Source: Takakia lepidozioides (lineage: Eukaryota > Plantae > Bryophyta). Taken from it: 64,000 bases of DNA. The DNA is taken from the NCBI GenBank assembly GCA_030704615.1, contig CM060731.1, positions 76,570,001-76,634,000 on the forward strand, in the 5' to 3' direction. Shown here piece by piece: positions 13,527 through 25,657 of this stretch (its first letter is position 1; each line of letters opens with the position of its first letter). The translations under genes and the position numbers were made by a program. Under the pieces are notes generated by a model. The model worked only from the letters and a program-made list of their open reading frames with translations. It had not been told where the DNA came from and made no database searches.

Positions 13527-14558
13527 TCAGCAAGTCGCATTGCTGAAAATGTTGAGGAGCTTCTTTCGACCATCAATGATTTCGTCAAACAGATCATTAA
13601 TATGCCACTCGATGGTTTCCAGCCCTGATTGAAACTTAGTCGACTGCTGTTTCAGGTGCTGTACCACCTGTCTCACAGCGTCCATATCTTCGTTCCTCCA
13701 ACCAGACCCTCGCATGAGAGGTTGTAGGTGGGATCGAAGGTCAGCAAGGCACGTCTTCAGGGTTTCCAGGTCGTGTGAGAGGATAACAGCGCTCCGTTTC
13801 GAGTTCCGCATTCTGCTGATTTCCTCATTGACATGTTGCTGTAAACTGAGGAGCGCGGCTGACCATGGGGCCTTGAAAGAAACAGTCTCGAAATTGAAAG
13901 CAGGGTTGCTGCCTGCATATACCAGCGCCCACAGGAGCATTTGACAGAGAAAGGATATCGTATTCTTTACCGCGAACATCACACCCCAGAAGCCATTCCA
14001 CCTCAGAAATTTGTTGTCAACATGTTTATCAGTCATACTCATACACAGCTTTCCCTCGACTTCAATCTTGGCCTCGATAAGGTGCTTATGCTCCGCTTCC
14101 ATCCTGTCCATGGCTTGCTTGCAAGCATTGACGGCGTGCATCCCCCGGTAGCACTGATTTCTCATATTCCCGTTCCCATCTAAGGCTCCTACTACGATTG
14201 AAACCAGCATCTGATAATGTTCCAGGCTACCCAGCCCAGATTTCAACACATTGCAAACATCTAGGAGCTTCACAGTTTCGTCCATGTACTCATTCAACCA
14301 TTCCTCTCCCTTACTTGAAACCGGCAGCTTCAACTTCTCCACCAGAATCAGCACCCCAGAATGCACAGACCTCACGAAATCCACTGCTTGCCGCACCCAT
14401 TCGAATGTAAAGAAATCCGGGCCAATGGACCGCTCCAGATCCTGAAGCCCCGTCGTCAGCACGGAGTAGAAATCATTCACATCATCGTTGTAGTGATATT
14501 CCAGCCCGCAACCACCCCCTACATGCAGCGTATGATTGAAAGGGAATATAAGAACCAT
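13527..14558 (-). CDS. BPS1/ROH1-like (DUF793 family) protein, single exon
   Basis: Intact 343-aa ORF with the family motif WLNEYMDETVKLLDVCNVLK and C-terminal INDLFDEIIDGRKKLL. Confidence 0.85.
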   Translation of the reverse strand: MVLIFPFNHTLHVGGGCGLEYHYNDDVNDFYSVLTTGLQDLERSIGPDFFTFEWVRQAVDFVRSVHSGVLILVEKLKLPVSSKGEEWLNEYMDETVKLLDVCNVLKSGLGSLEHYQMLVSIVVGALDGNGNMRNQCYRGMHAVNACKQAMDRMEAEHKHLIEAKIEVEGKLCMSMTDKHVDNKFLRWNGFWGVMFAVKNTISFLCQMLLWALVYAGSNPAFNFETVSFKAPWSAALLSLQQHVNEEISRMRNSKRSAVILSHDLETLKTCLADLRSHLQPLMRGSGWRNEDMDAVRQVVQHLKQQSTKFQSGLETIEWHINDLFDEIIDGRKKLLNIFSNATC

Positions 14559-15301
14559 CGTTAATCTATCTCTTTATAATCTGCAAGCTCCTCTGTTCCT
14601 TCCTCTCCTTGCAGGCTCTCACTTAATAGGGTTGCACCTCTTACAAGCTCCTCTTCCCTCAAATCCCACTCAACCCAATCCTGACATATTCCTTGCTGAC
14701 ACACAAGATCCCACAACATACGTGTGATAAACTACCGGATTTGCTCAGATGTTTCCGCGTTTCCTCCCTCTCTTGCTCAACGACCTCCCCGAGACTGCTC
14801 ACTGCAGCAGCTCTTGTGGACGAAACGTCAAGCGTTTACTAACGATCAAGTTACCCAAGAATCGTTAGTAAAACGTTAACTACAAGAATCGTTTGTGAGC
14901 GTTCAGGTCTGCGAGCCTCCACTCTTGCCTCGAGAAGAAGAGGGGCGGGCGTGTCTGTGAGAGCTTGGTTGTCGTTGTGCTCCTCCTGTGCTGGCTGCTG
15001 GAGATTAGCAGGCTCGAATGACTGTTCGGTTACCCTAATTGGGTTGTGGGTCGATGACAGCCTCTTGTATCTCTCAAGTATCCTGTTGTGGTGGAGAGGT
15101 GGGCAGTGAGGTGGGCACGATCTGATCAGGGGAGTGTTTAATTGGAAGCAGCGGCTGTAGCTGCATCATCCTCTTCACGCTGCCCTCACCAACCTGCTTC
15201 GAAGCAAGGAAGGAAGACCTTGCTTGGGGACTGGCATGTGAGTGAAAATCAGGGGTTGCAGACGGTAAATCCTAGTCTGGTCACACCGCACTTTTGTCAC
15301 C

Positions 15302-15619
15302 ATGACAGGCAAGGCAAAACCTAAGAAGCACACGGCCAAGGAGATAGCTGCCAAGATTGATGCAGCCACCACCAACCGCGGGGGAGGCAAGGCCGGGGTG
15401 GAGGACCGAAAGGCTCTCGATAAGGGCGGACATGCAAAGCTGGCTTGTCCAGTGTGCAAGGTCACGGCCCCGGACAGCAAGAGCATGCTTATACACCATG
15501 AGGCTCGCCACCCAAAGCTGCCTTACGAGGAGGACAAGCTAATTCAGCTCCATGCCTCCACCACATCTGAAGAACCCAAGCCCAAACCTGGTGTGCGAGG
15601 CAGTTTGAAGAAACCTTGA
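15302..15619 (+). CDS. At2g23090-like small zinc-finger (SERF/4F5-related) protein
   Basis: MTGKAKPKKHTAKEIAAKIDAATTNRGGGKAG, CPVCKVTAPDSKSMLIHHEARHPK, PKPGVRGSLKK: a highly conserved plant protein. Confidence 0.9.
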   Translation: MTGKAKPKKHTAKEIAAKIDAATTNRGGGKAGVEDRKALDKGGHAKLACPVCKVTAPDSKSMLIHHEARHPKLPYEEDKLIQLHASTTSEEPKPKPGVRGSLKKP

Positions 15620-17311
15620 GAGCTTATTTACATGTATAGTGACAGGTTTTGGTGAGACTTGAGGGAGTTGCACACGAGCTGATTACACAAGGGTATCTTC
15701 AGTGGCGTTTGAAGCTTTTAGTGTCTGAGGAATGCTTGTGTGGGATGATAACCTAAAATGAGTATACTTCAGGGTTAAATTTTTTTGGTGAGAAACTGGC
15801 GGATTGCTTTGTAAGCTGTGTGATACTGAAATTATGACATACGAATTGGTTTATTGCTTGTGGTATCTTGGAAATCATCTGTTCATGCTTGCCTGTTAGC
15901 AGTAGCAATTAATGTGACACTGGTGGTCTGGCAACCCATGTTGTCTTGGACGCTCAAGGGACATATCAGGTAACCTTTCCGGGCTGAGGATACACCTAAG
16001 GCTAGCAAACGACCTCAAGAATGGAGAATGTGACAGTTCCGGTCATGGTATTGGTGCTGGGATCTTCTGTTTTCAAACTACATCTTTTTCTCTTGGACAG
16101 AAAGGAGGCTCTTCAAATCATGTGTCCTTCTAGAGTGGGAGATCGCCTATTGCAGCTTACTTATGTAAAGGTTGTGAGCAATTAATGTGCATTGGTTCAA
16201 GCAGTGCTAGAATTGTTTTTGGGCAAACCACCACTCTCCATTGTGTCGTTATGATGTCTGGCTGAATTGCTCTTCTAAAAAATGGGCCGGACAGTACTTT
16301 TGAGGAAGTGACATAGACAGAGTAGGTTATGATTGAGTATTGATGTAGATGTAGGCATGCCTGTTCCAGTTTGCCAAGCCGTATTGCCGTGCTTCTAGAG
16401 CTTCTGATTTGTCATTTACCATGAGTTCCTTGTTGTAAGCCAGACTACCCTGAGTCTGGCAACCCTGAGTCTGGCAGATTCCAACTTACACATGCTTATT
16501 TCTTGGTGTCAATCACGATCGCGAAGTTTAAGCTCCATTTCAAGGAAGTTGCACAAAGCTTGCTTGAGCAGTTTAAGTGCCTTATGTCACTTAGCCCAGG
16601 ATTGAAGACTGTGTCATGTCTGATGTGACGATTCTTCATGTAGTCATAGGCGGTATAACCTCAAGAGTGCGTGGAATTATTGGAAGTTCCAAAACAAGGG
16701 TAATCATTGGGGCATGTATATACTCTACAGTCTGGTCTGGACTGCATCATTGTAAGCTCTAGGGACAGATAAGCAAAGGTATTCGGATAGCAGCTGTGGT
16801 GTGCGGTTGTCTCTCTAAGCCATCTGAAGGTTACATTTCATGAAGCTGCTTTGGTGAATCAAGAGAGCTGCAAGAAATTATAGTGCATGATAGAGGCTTG
16901 TGAGTGAAAGAACAACTGCAATTTACACCTATGCAGCTGACGCCTCTCCTAATATTAGGAATCTGTGATCAAAACCAAGTGTCTTTGACTAAAAACTTTC
17001 CATTGTCTGGCTTCTTGGAAACAACACTGCAGGTAAAGAGCCAGAAGGCAACCCAAAGCTGAAATAGCCATACAACACATAGGCATGGTTTCCAAAATAT
17101 GCCATTTTCCGGGCTGAATAGAAAAGTTAAAATCCACTTAACAATGTTTGAATTATGGGTATTATGGTCTTCATCGACCTGCCGATTATACTCTGCATCC
17201 AGTATGTAAAAGCTGGAGACATTTTACCTTGGTTCAGCTATTTGCACCAATATGGTGCTGCCTGGTAGAATGAAGAATACATGTGCATTCACAAATGAAT
17301 CTTGCAACAAC

Positions 17312-19691
17312 TCACATGCCTTGCAAGGGTGGCCTTTCAATGTCATCTCCATCTGAGGTTAGTTTGACAGTCTGCATTAGGCGCTCTCGCAACAGCTCCA
17401 AGTTCTGGTCAGAGATAGCCTTGTGAAGTTGCTCGTGGTTGTACTTCTGCCCACCAAAACATCCCAGCTTGTATGAGGACCAATTCCTCGACAATTTACC
17501 AGTACAATCCTCTAAAAGTTTGTATCTGATCGTCAAATGCTTCTGGTATTACTGAATTACTGCTCATATTTGGAGCAGAGTCCATAGGGTAAATAAATCG
17601 GACACAAAAAATTTCACCAGGGTTGAACTGCAGCTAAGAGACAGCTGAGCAGGCCCTAAGACAGTGCGGTTCACCATCACCATAAATAAGGACATCCGAA
17701 TAGAAATCATGCCAACTTTAGCAACCATAGTTGGACCAGAGTCTAGAATCAAACAGAAGCTCCTGTACTGCCAAAACTGTGATATGTCCACGAGGTTGGG
17801 CTAAAACTGGGTTCAAAAAAACTTGGAACCCATTACAGATCCTCAAGGGTATAGATTTTGGAGCCATTTTAAATTTGAATGGATCACTCAAGTTCATATG
17901 TACACTCAAGAATAGTATCTCAATTCAACAGATGCTTCAATATGCCTCCATTTTTTAACCTTCTCTCTGTCATGTGTTTTCATTTCTAGTATTCGAACGG
18001 GCATTCAGCCGAGCTGGTACATAACATAGAGCCTTAAAGAGAACCTCCAAAATTTTACCCCTACAACCTCGGTCCCTGTCAATACCCCCAAAGCTAAGCC
18101 TCGTTGCAGATTGCAGATTGAGTCAGTATGCTGAGGTCTCTCTTTCCCAGGGGTACGACCAATAGTAAACACACCTAGCTTTTGATGGACAGATAAAAGC
18201 TTGGAATGTCAACCTTCGAGCAGATGCCAAGTTTCTAGCCGGTTTCCTTATGAGGAAAACATTGAACTGAAAACACTTCCTTCTTAATAACTACAACACG
18301 TCTTAGTTAAAGTGAAGAGAAAGATCCACCCACCTTTACCCATTTGTTGAACAAGTGTAATCTAGTCACCATCACCCTTTCAGCCAGCTCCTGCCTTTCC
18401 TGAGCACAACACCAAAAAAGATGCAGAAATGAATCAGAAGGAAATGGTCTTCCAAACAGGATTTAAAGTCACCCACAACAAGGAGGTGGTGAGTTATTAT
18501 ACCTTCGCTAGTACCCGAAGAAAGAATTTGCCATCTTGTGGCTTGTTGTTAACCAAATAGCTGCACATTCACCACAACATGCCCCTATATTCAGTTCAAA
18601 GGACTGGTGGTGATATAAATCTGCACTCTAAAAGACTGTCCACACATGCTTACAAACGAGATATCAGTACACACACTTTTGATGGCGGGTGCTAGAGACA
18701 ACTGTCTCACCAAGCTGACTTGACCAGGCCACGGTACTTCATCTCGGTACCCAACCATCCTCATTACTACTGTGTAAGCAACAAGGGAGAAAAATCTCAC
18801 TTGTAGAACCAGGCATACTGGTGAGGGTTCAGCTCAGATAGTTGGGCCATCACTGTCTTGACAGCTTTGATTGTGAAATAGTCCAGCAAATGCTACACGG
18901 ACGAGCCAATACCACACTAAGTCAGCACCATGCTCTGGAAACCTTCATATAACACTGAAAATAGTGCTTTACAGGCTCCCTTGCATGCTCATTGAATTAA
19001 AAATCACAATGCTCAGTCTTACTGACCTGTACCAAGCTTAAGAAGTAGACCCGGAAACTAAAATATTCAACTGAATCAAAGGTCATCTCTAGACCTCATG
19101 CAAGATTTTGGGCAACCAAGGTGGGCACTGGAAGCTCATTAACTCACACAGAAACCGCAGCCTCCCTCTGGACACGAAAACAGTCACTCCATTTTCAGCT
19201 CCCAAGGAGCTTGACAATGAAAATTCCCTTTGGACCCATTCATGCTCTGGCACAGCACAACTTCTGCTCTAGATTGCACAGCAATCGATAAGCCTTTATG
19301 CCTTAAAAACCTCAGACAACCCTTAGAAACGAGGCGAAGGAGAAGAGAGATTAGCGCAAACTACCTTCTCCACATCGTCAAAAGTCTCCTCATATTGTCC
19401 TCCAAGTTCATCTACAACCAACGGTGCATGATGGCCACTCGAGCAGGTAGGAACCATGTGCACCAACACACATGCAGTGGTGCGGCAGTCTTGCCATGCC
19501 TGCGTCAGCGTACTTTGCAGCTGAAGCCGCCCTCGTCTTCTCCGTTGTCCCACATACTGCCGAGGTACATATACCTTCGCGGCAGCCACTCCGCAAGCAC
19601 TGGACGACGGTGCGGTCTTAGAGCTCCCACTTGTGGCACATCTGCAAGCCCTCCCTGCCAGGCTCACCGCTGCTATGGCCTGCCCTGCCAT
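17312..19691 (-). CDS. RBCX: Rubisco assembly chaperone RbcX, 5 exons
   Basis: Exons 19691-19365, 18892-18801, 18560-18503, 18399-18334 and 17446-17312 with GT-AG borders give DELGGQYEETFDDVEK/HLLDYFTIKAVKTVMAQLSELNP/DGKFFLR/ERQELAERVMVTRLHL/NLELLRERLMQTV. The N-terminus resembles a transit peptide. Confidence 0.92.
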
Positions 19692-21524
19692 CCGCCCTCC
19701 CGGGGCCCCTGACTCTTTGCTGCTCCGAGCACCTCAGCCCTTACACTCCTCTTCTTCTTCTACAATTTCCTGCACTGCCAGAAACCACACCACTTTCTTA
19801 AACCATCGGACAGCTGTAAACTACACCATACAGCATACGAAGCAGACGATCACCAGATTTTGGGTGATACACAAATGCAACCCTGCACCTGCTAGATGCA
19901 TATTACCATCATCTCTAACTCCGTGTGCAGTTTTGCAGTCAGATGACGAGCTAAGTACGGTGACGAGTTCACATTCATGCATGAACATGGTTTTGTTCAT
20001 ATTACAGGGCTGCGATATCTAACAACAAACTCACCGAAACTGGTGTGACACAGGTGCCAAATCATGCTTATCTCGGTAGTCGTGAAATTGTGGCCATATA
20101 TTTCCCTTTATTGTGCAGCTATCGGAGCCTGATCGTTGTGAGAAGGTGGGTGATAAGGCCATAAGTGAGAAGGCAGAGCGTGTTTCAATCTTCAAGAAGA
20201 AGGGCGAGGATTACAGCTTGGGGTAATGGACACGTGAGTACATTGTACATTCGAACGCTGGCTGCAATACGAGAGGCCCACGCCATCACTGCCCCGAACT
20301 TCAGGATCGCCAGGGGCTTTTGCCTAGAAGAGCGAGCCTTTCCTCCTACATGGCAGCCACCTTGGCTGAACCTAGAGATCACTACCATCTTTGCTGAGTG
20401 GTGACGAGCATTTCTAGATTTAGGAGGCGACCCACGTTGGGTAACAGACTATGAGACCTCACCTTCCCACTGTAATCGAGGAAAGATCATGAGGTCACTG
20501 CATCCTCTGCCTCAAAAGTCACATGGCATAATCTTGGTCGTGTATTGACTTTGTCCTACCAAAACCATGATCCCTGGACCCAATGGACGGCAGAAATTCG
20601 GATTGAGAGGCTGATCAGATGGATTGGATTGGATGCAATACCAGTATATTTGAATCTGCCAGATACTTGGGGGGATTTCTCGTGGCTTAGAGATTCTTCC
20701 AAGCCCAGATGGGTTTTTTGACCAAATGCCGACGTCCCCCCTGGTTCTGGTATGAAATGGTAGTAGATGCCTTGATTGGGCATCACCACCCCAGTTGAGG
20801 CAAGGAGTTCCAAACCATACACTTTGTGGGAGTGAAATGATGAAGCTTACTACCAACAGGACAGATAGTAAGGTTTTCATGTGCATGCATTTCATACAAT
20901 ATGTCATTCTCATCAGCTCTTATATTGAGGCACTTCGAATCAGAAGATGGTTTCAACCCCTTGCTTGCATACTTCAAACCTCAATCTATGTAACTATAAG
21001 AGCTTGGCCTGTTCACCCTGGAGGAATACTAACATACAACTAAAATCGCCCCAACTGCAATAGTCACTCTCCTGTGGATGTGCTATGGCAGCAAAACAAA
21101 CACATCTGTCAACAATGCACCCATGTTATTCCATAGTTAGCCTACTGACCAGAAACAAAGAGAGCCGTCAGCCTGCCTAGTTATGTAAGTAGATGAGGTC
21201 CACAAGGATCCTCAACAGGAAAGAATTGTATAGGCCATGATCTCTCAACAGACCACTACTGTAAGGTTCTCTCTAAGAAATATGTTTCTCTGCAAATAGG
21301 CAGATGAAGACATGATGAAATGCTAAAGCTGCACAAACAAACAAGCACACCATTCCTCGAGGAAAAAGCTCGCCACTGCCACAGGGACTATCTTTAGCCT
21401 AACCTCAAGAGCTCAGACAATGTGATCGAACCAGAAGGAATCATCCACATGTATGAACAACTGCTTGCTTGATTACTAGATTATCCACAGCATCTGTACA
21501 CTCCGAGAAAGACTAGGGTGGGGG

Positions 21525-24126
21525 TCATGAGTCTTTGCCAGCCCACTCCACATAGTTGTCCAAAAGCAAAGGCCATGCTTGACTTTCGTCATAATTGCTA
21601 AGATCAGATTTGATCTGCACATCAACCATCCCACATCCATTACCTACCCAAAGAGAGATTCCTACTGTTAGTAGGTCGTCATGCTAACAATCCAACGCAA
21701 GTGGAATTTCGCAGAGCAAGAATGCAGGTAGGTAAGAAAAACCTCACCTCCTCACAGAACCGAAGGAAACCTGTCCACTGGTCCAGATTTATTGCTTTGT
21801 ACTCTGTTTGCTCCTACCACAAGCACCAGACATACCCACCACCCAGAAATTCTTTTATTAAACAAGGGGTATGAACAAGCTTGCTCCAGGCTGTTCTGAC
21901 ACTACCACCAAAGCACTACAGGCTATATTACAGACCATGTAAAAGATAGGTAGATGGGCAAGAAAATAATTACTCGTAAGAACTGAAGGAAAGAGGCCAC
22001 GTGTGGATGAGATCCCAATACCAACTCCAGCATCTGAGAAGCAGTCTCCAGATCAAGTGTTTTCTGTCGAGGCTCTGATAAACAAGTCCAAATTGCATAT
22101 GTAAGACTAAGAAAACATTGTCACATATTCCATACACAACTCCTCTGATTTCTATTGTTTTTAAATCTGGAAAGAACTCCATGGTTGAAGTAACAGGGAT
22201 ACAAGCACAAAAGTCATGACAGCTGCCTTAGGTGCTTGCATGACAAACATGTGAGGACCTACTACTAGCTCTTGTGCAGATCTGTCAAACTTTGCACAAG
22301 AAAAATGAGATGTCCAGAAACTTTTACCTGTCAAGCAATATTGAAACCCAAATGTATAGAAATCCCTGAAAGAGTATGGACCAGACACCTGAAACAACCA
22401 TGAATTACAGAATCAATAATAACAGCTTGAAACTGCAGAAGTTACCATCATCAAAATGGTGGACTGCTAGTTGCTGAATACCAATGCTGTCACAAAACAT
22501 GCATCTGGCACTGTGTTGTGTTAGCAAGCTCCAGCAACAACTACAAAGCTAGGAGACATCACATATTGGGAGTTCTTGCAAACAGTCATGGAGTCCCTCA
22601 TGACACAAACTCCTGCAAACTGATACAAACCCAGCACCTCTTGTTGTAGAGTAGGAAGCGCCTTTTTCAGCTTGTCAATACTGTCCACTCGCATTGCCTT
22701 CAAACCCTTTCGCCATTCCTCCTGAAACAATAAACCAGCCTCACTGTACTGAAACTTAGTTGATACTCCAGTCTAACAGAAGTGCAGCGTCGTTCATGTG
22801 ACAACATAGACAAGCTACACATAGCTCAAGAGATGAGAGAAGAAGGGGTGACAGGTGGGGAGGATAACGATAAGGCGGATTAGAACATACTAGTTGCAAG
22901 CATCAAACCCACAAACACACTGCATTGAACCGAAAAATATGTGGACTCTTGCTGAAGCAAGAGTGACTTACGGTGTCACTTGACCCCGAAGGGCTACTAT
23001 TGAACCAAAACACATGCTTACTTATACCCCAAATTCTTAAGCTTGAATATGCAAACTAAGATTAAGCACTCCTAACATGCACCAAGAGGTTAGGCATAAA
23101 TGCACAGGTACAAAACAATCACTGACCACAGTAAAGTATCCCTGTCGTGCTGCCTGCAGCTTCCTGCATCCAGATGTTTAATACATCAGACACAAGCAGC
23201 AAAGATCCAGAAATTCATGTCTATGCACTCTGCATGTCATAAAACCATCACTCTTTGTACCATCACCAGTTTCTCTCCTTCCTATCTCTCGTAATGTGCA
23301 CACGTGCATACCAGGCAAATAGCAAGATTCTGATATCGGTTGGGGCAACCCCAAGGTCTTCACACAGTGCCTCTATTCCCTCAGGCCTGCAAAGCACCAG
23401 AATTACGCACAAAACTGTGGCAAATGAAAATTTGCAGGGTGCAGGAAGTCAAAGAGCATATATCTGGAGTCTTAAAGCCTCCCACCCCCAAAAAAAGTAC
23501 TAGACATCCTTCGCACCCACGGCAAACCGGCGGCACTCACCCTATGGACGACTCTTCCGTCTTATCAACATACTGACTGAACATTGCGTCGATTTTTTCA
23601 ATCTCTTTAGCAGCTTTATTTCCTGTGAACACAATCAGAGACGACGCTTATGAGCGAGTTAAATTCAAAATTCCCAACAAACACAGCTTCTCAACATTTG
23701 ATCAAGGTGTAGAGCTGCGTGCAACCTGCAATTGCAAACTAGATCAAGGCAGAAAGATGTTTGAGTCAAAGCGATAAGTTTCCAATAGAGAACCTGGTTG
23801 TCAGTCGACATAATCTGCACCGGGGACGCATGTCCCTCTGTTTGAAGACCTAAGGATGGAATCCGGTCCGGTAAAGAAGTACTAAAGCGTTTTAACCCAA
23901 AAAAAGCATTGCAAATTGCTAAGTGCAAACCAAATTGATTTCTGCAATTAAGCTCCATGTGCACACTGAAATCTCAAACTAGGACACATGAAATTCACGC
24001 TCTTCGTCACCTACAAGCGAACTCGAAACATCATTAGAAAAGGAAAAGCTGCTGACCAGTCGAGCTGATGACTGTGGCTGGGACCGCCCCAGGTTGTGGC
24101 CTCCTTAACGATGACTTCCGCATCAT
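21525..24126 (-). CDS. DCN1-like protein (DCUN1D4/5 type, cullin neddylation), about 9 exons
   Basis: Exons encode PEGIEALCEDLGVAPTDIRILLFAW, QAARQGYFTV, EEWRKGLKAMRVDSIDKLKKALP, FRDFYTFGFQYCLT, YKAINLDQWTGFLRFCEE, NYDESQAWPLLLDNYVEW. Start codon (MMRKSS) is inferred. Confidence 0.9.
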
Positions 24127-25657
24127 CACCCAATAACGCTGGACTCTCACACACAAAGATTCCGGCAAAACCCGACGCTTGGCTTGAAGTGCTCCCAATC
24201 AGATCCTCCCCTTCACAGTTCACATCCGCATCTTTTTCTTCCTTATTTCAGGATCCACGGTGTCACCAACTCATTTCTCTAGCTGCTCGCCAGAAACCAA
24301 ACACCAGGGCCGACAATCCATGACAACACTGAGGACTTCACACAAACATAACATACCCATTATTCATCTTCATCTGGGACTCGGATTATTCTAAGCGATG
24401 CTTCATCCCTCATGCGTATTGCGAGACTTAACCCCTGGTTTGGTGTGATTGGGTTGCTGGATTTGCTGCCTGATCATTGTCCGGAACAAGTCACATTTAT
24501 CTGGGAAGTTGAATTGGTCTACACGAGAATCTGAGAAAGTTTTGGATTGTCTCGAGGTCCCAGTCAACAAGTCTACGTCTGTGGCCAATCCTTTTCGTGG
24601 ACGAACATGCAATTTGTTTAGTGTAACATATGTCACACACCATAAGCCCCTTGATTTATCAGCACTGGTGAAAGATCATAGTAGACCTTCGACCTTTATC
24701 TCGACAAGGTAACTCAGACTGTGTGCCCAGTATTCTCATGTTTGATTCCCCTCCATAGCTGTAAAGTATCCAGATTCAAGACGCCACTTCAACCATCCAA
24801 CTGGAATGACCTCGACACTACCCAATCAAAAGACTGGGGCCCCACAATTTGGGGGATTCTTTTAATGCCGACTGTTTCTTGAAACATGCTCGTAATGCTT
24901 GGAAATGGCTGCGCTGTGCTCAGAATTGAATTCTCATGAGCAGTGCCTGGAAGTGGGTCACTAGTTCTAAGACCACAATTATAATTTCAGCTTTTCTCTT
25001 TGTGGAAATGAATGACAAAAGAAGTGGAGTTCCTGCCCAAGAAGTTGAGAATTGAAGATTCAGGAGAAGGAACTTTTCAGCCAGGGCGTTTGAGACTTCG
25101 GAACCCTCTCGAATGAGGCAACACACTTCCCACTTTGACCATCAATCCCCACAACAATAAATCCCTTCTTGGAAGTAGAGAAAGCATCATGAATGACAAC
25201 TGCTTCGACATTCGTCGAGCTAGCATCACAGACACAAAGGTCCTTATGATGCAGATAGGTATCCCAGAGGCTAATTCACTAATTAACTGCTCAAGCAATA
25301 CTAAAAAGAATGAGTACAGTACATAATTAATGAACCGTTAAAAGGGGATTTCCCCATAGTTAAGAATATTCAGTCAATGAGATGTTAGTCCAACATACTT
25401 GTCATGGATACACTAAATCATCTGCAATTCCTCGATGAAACATCTGTAAGCACACTGTTGTTCCAGGAAGGCATATATGTTGTCTATAATCTGACTTGTA
25501 CCCAGCAAACAAACTGTCATCATCAGCTGCTGCATGGCTCATGGGTACCACCACTCACCATTCAGTCCACAGGGGTCCCCTGGAGAAGTATCGAGTTGCC
25601 TCTTTGATGCATCTGAGGTCAAATCAGTCACAGATTTGATATCAATCCTAGCGCTGC

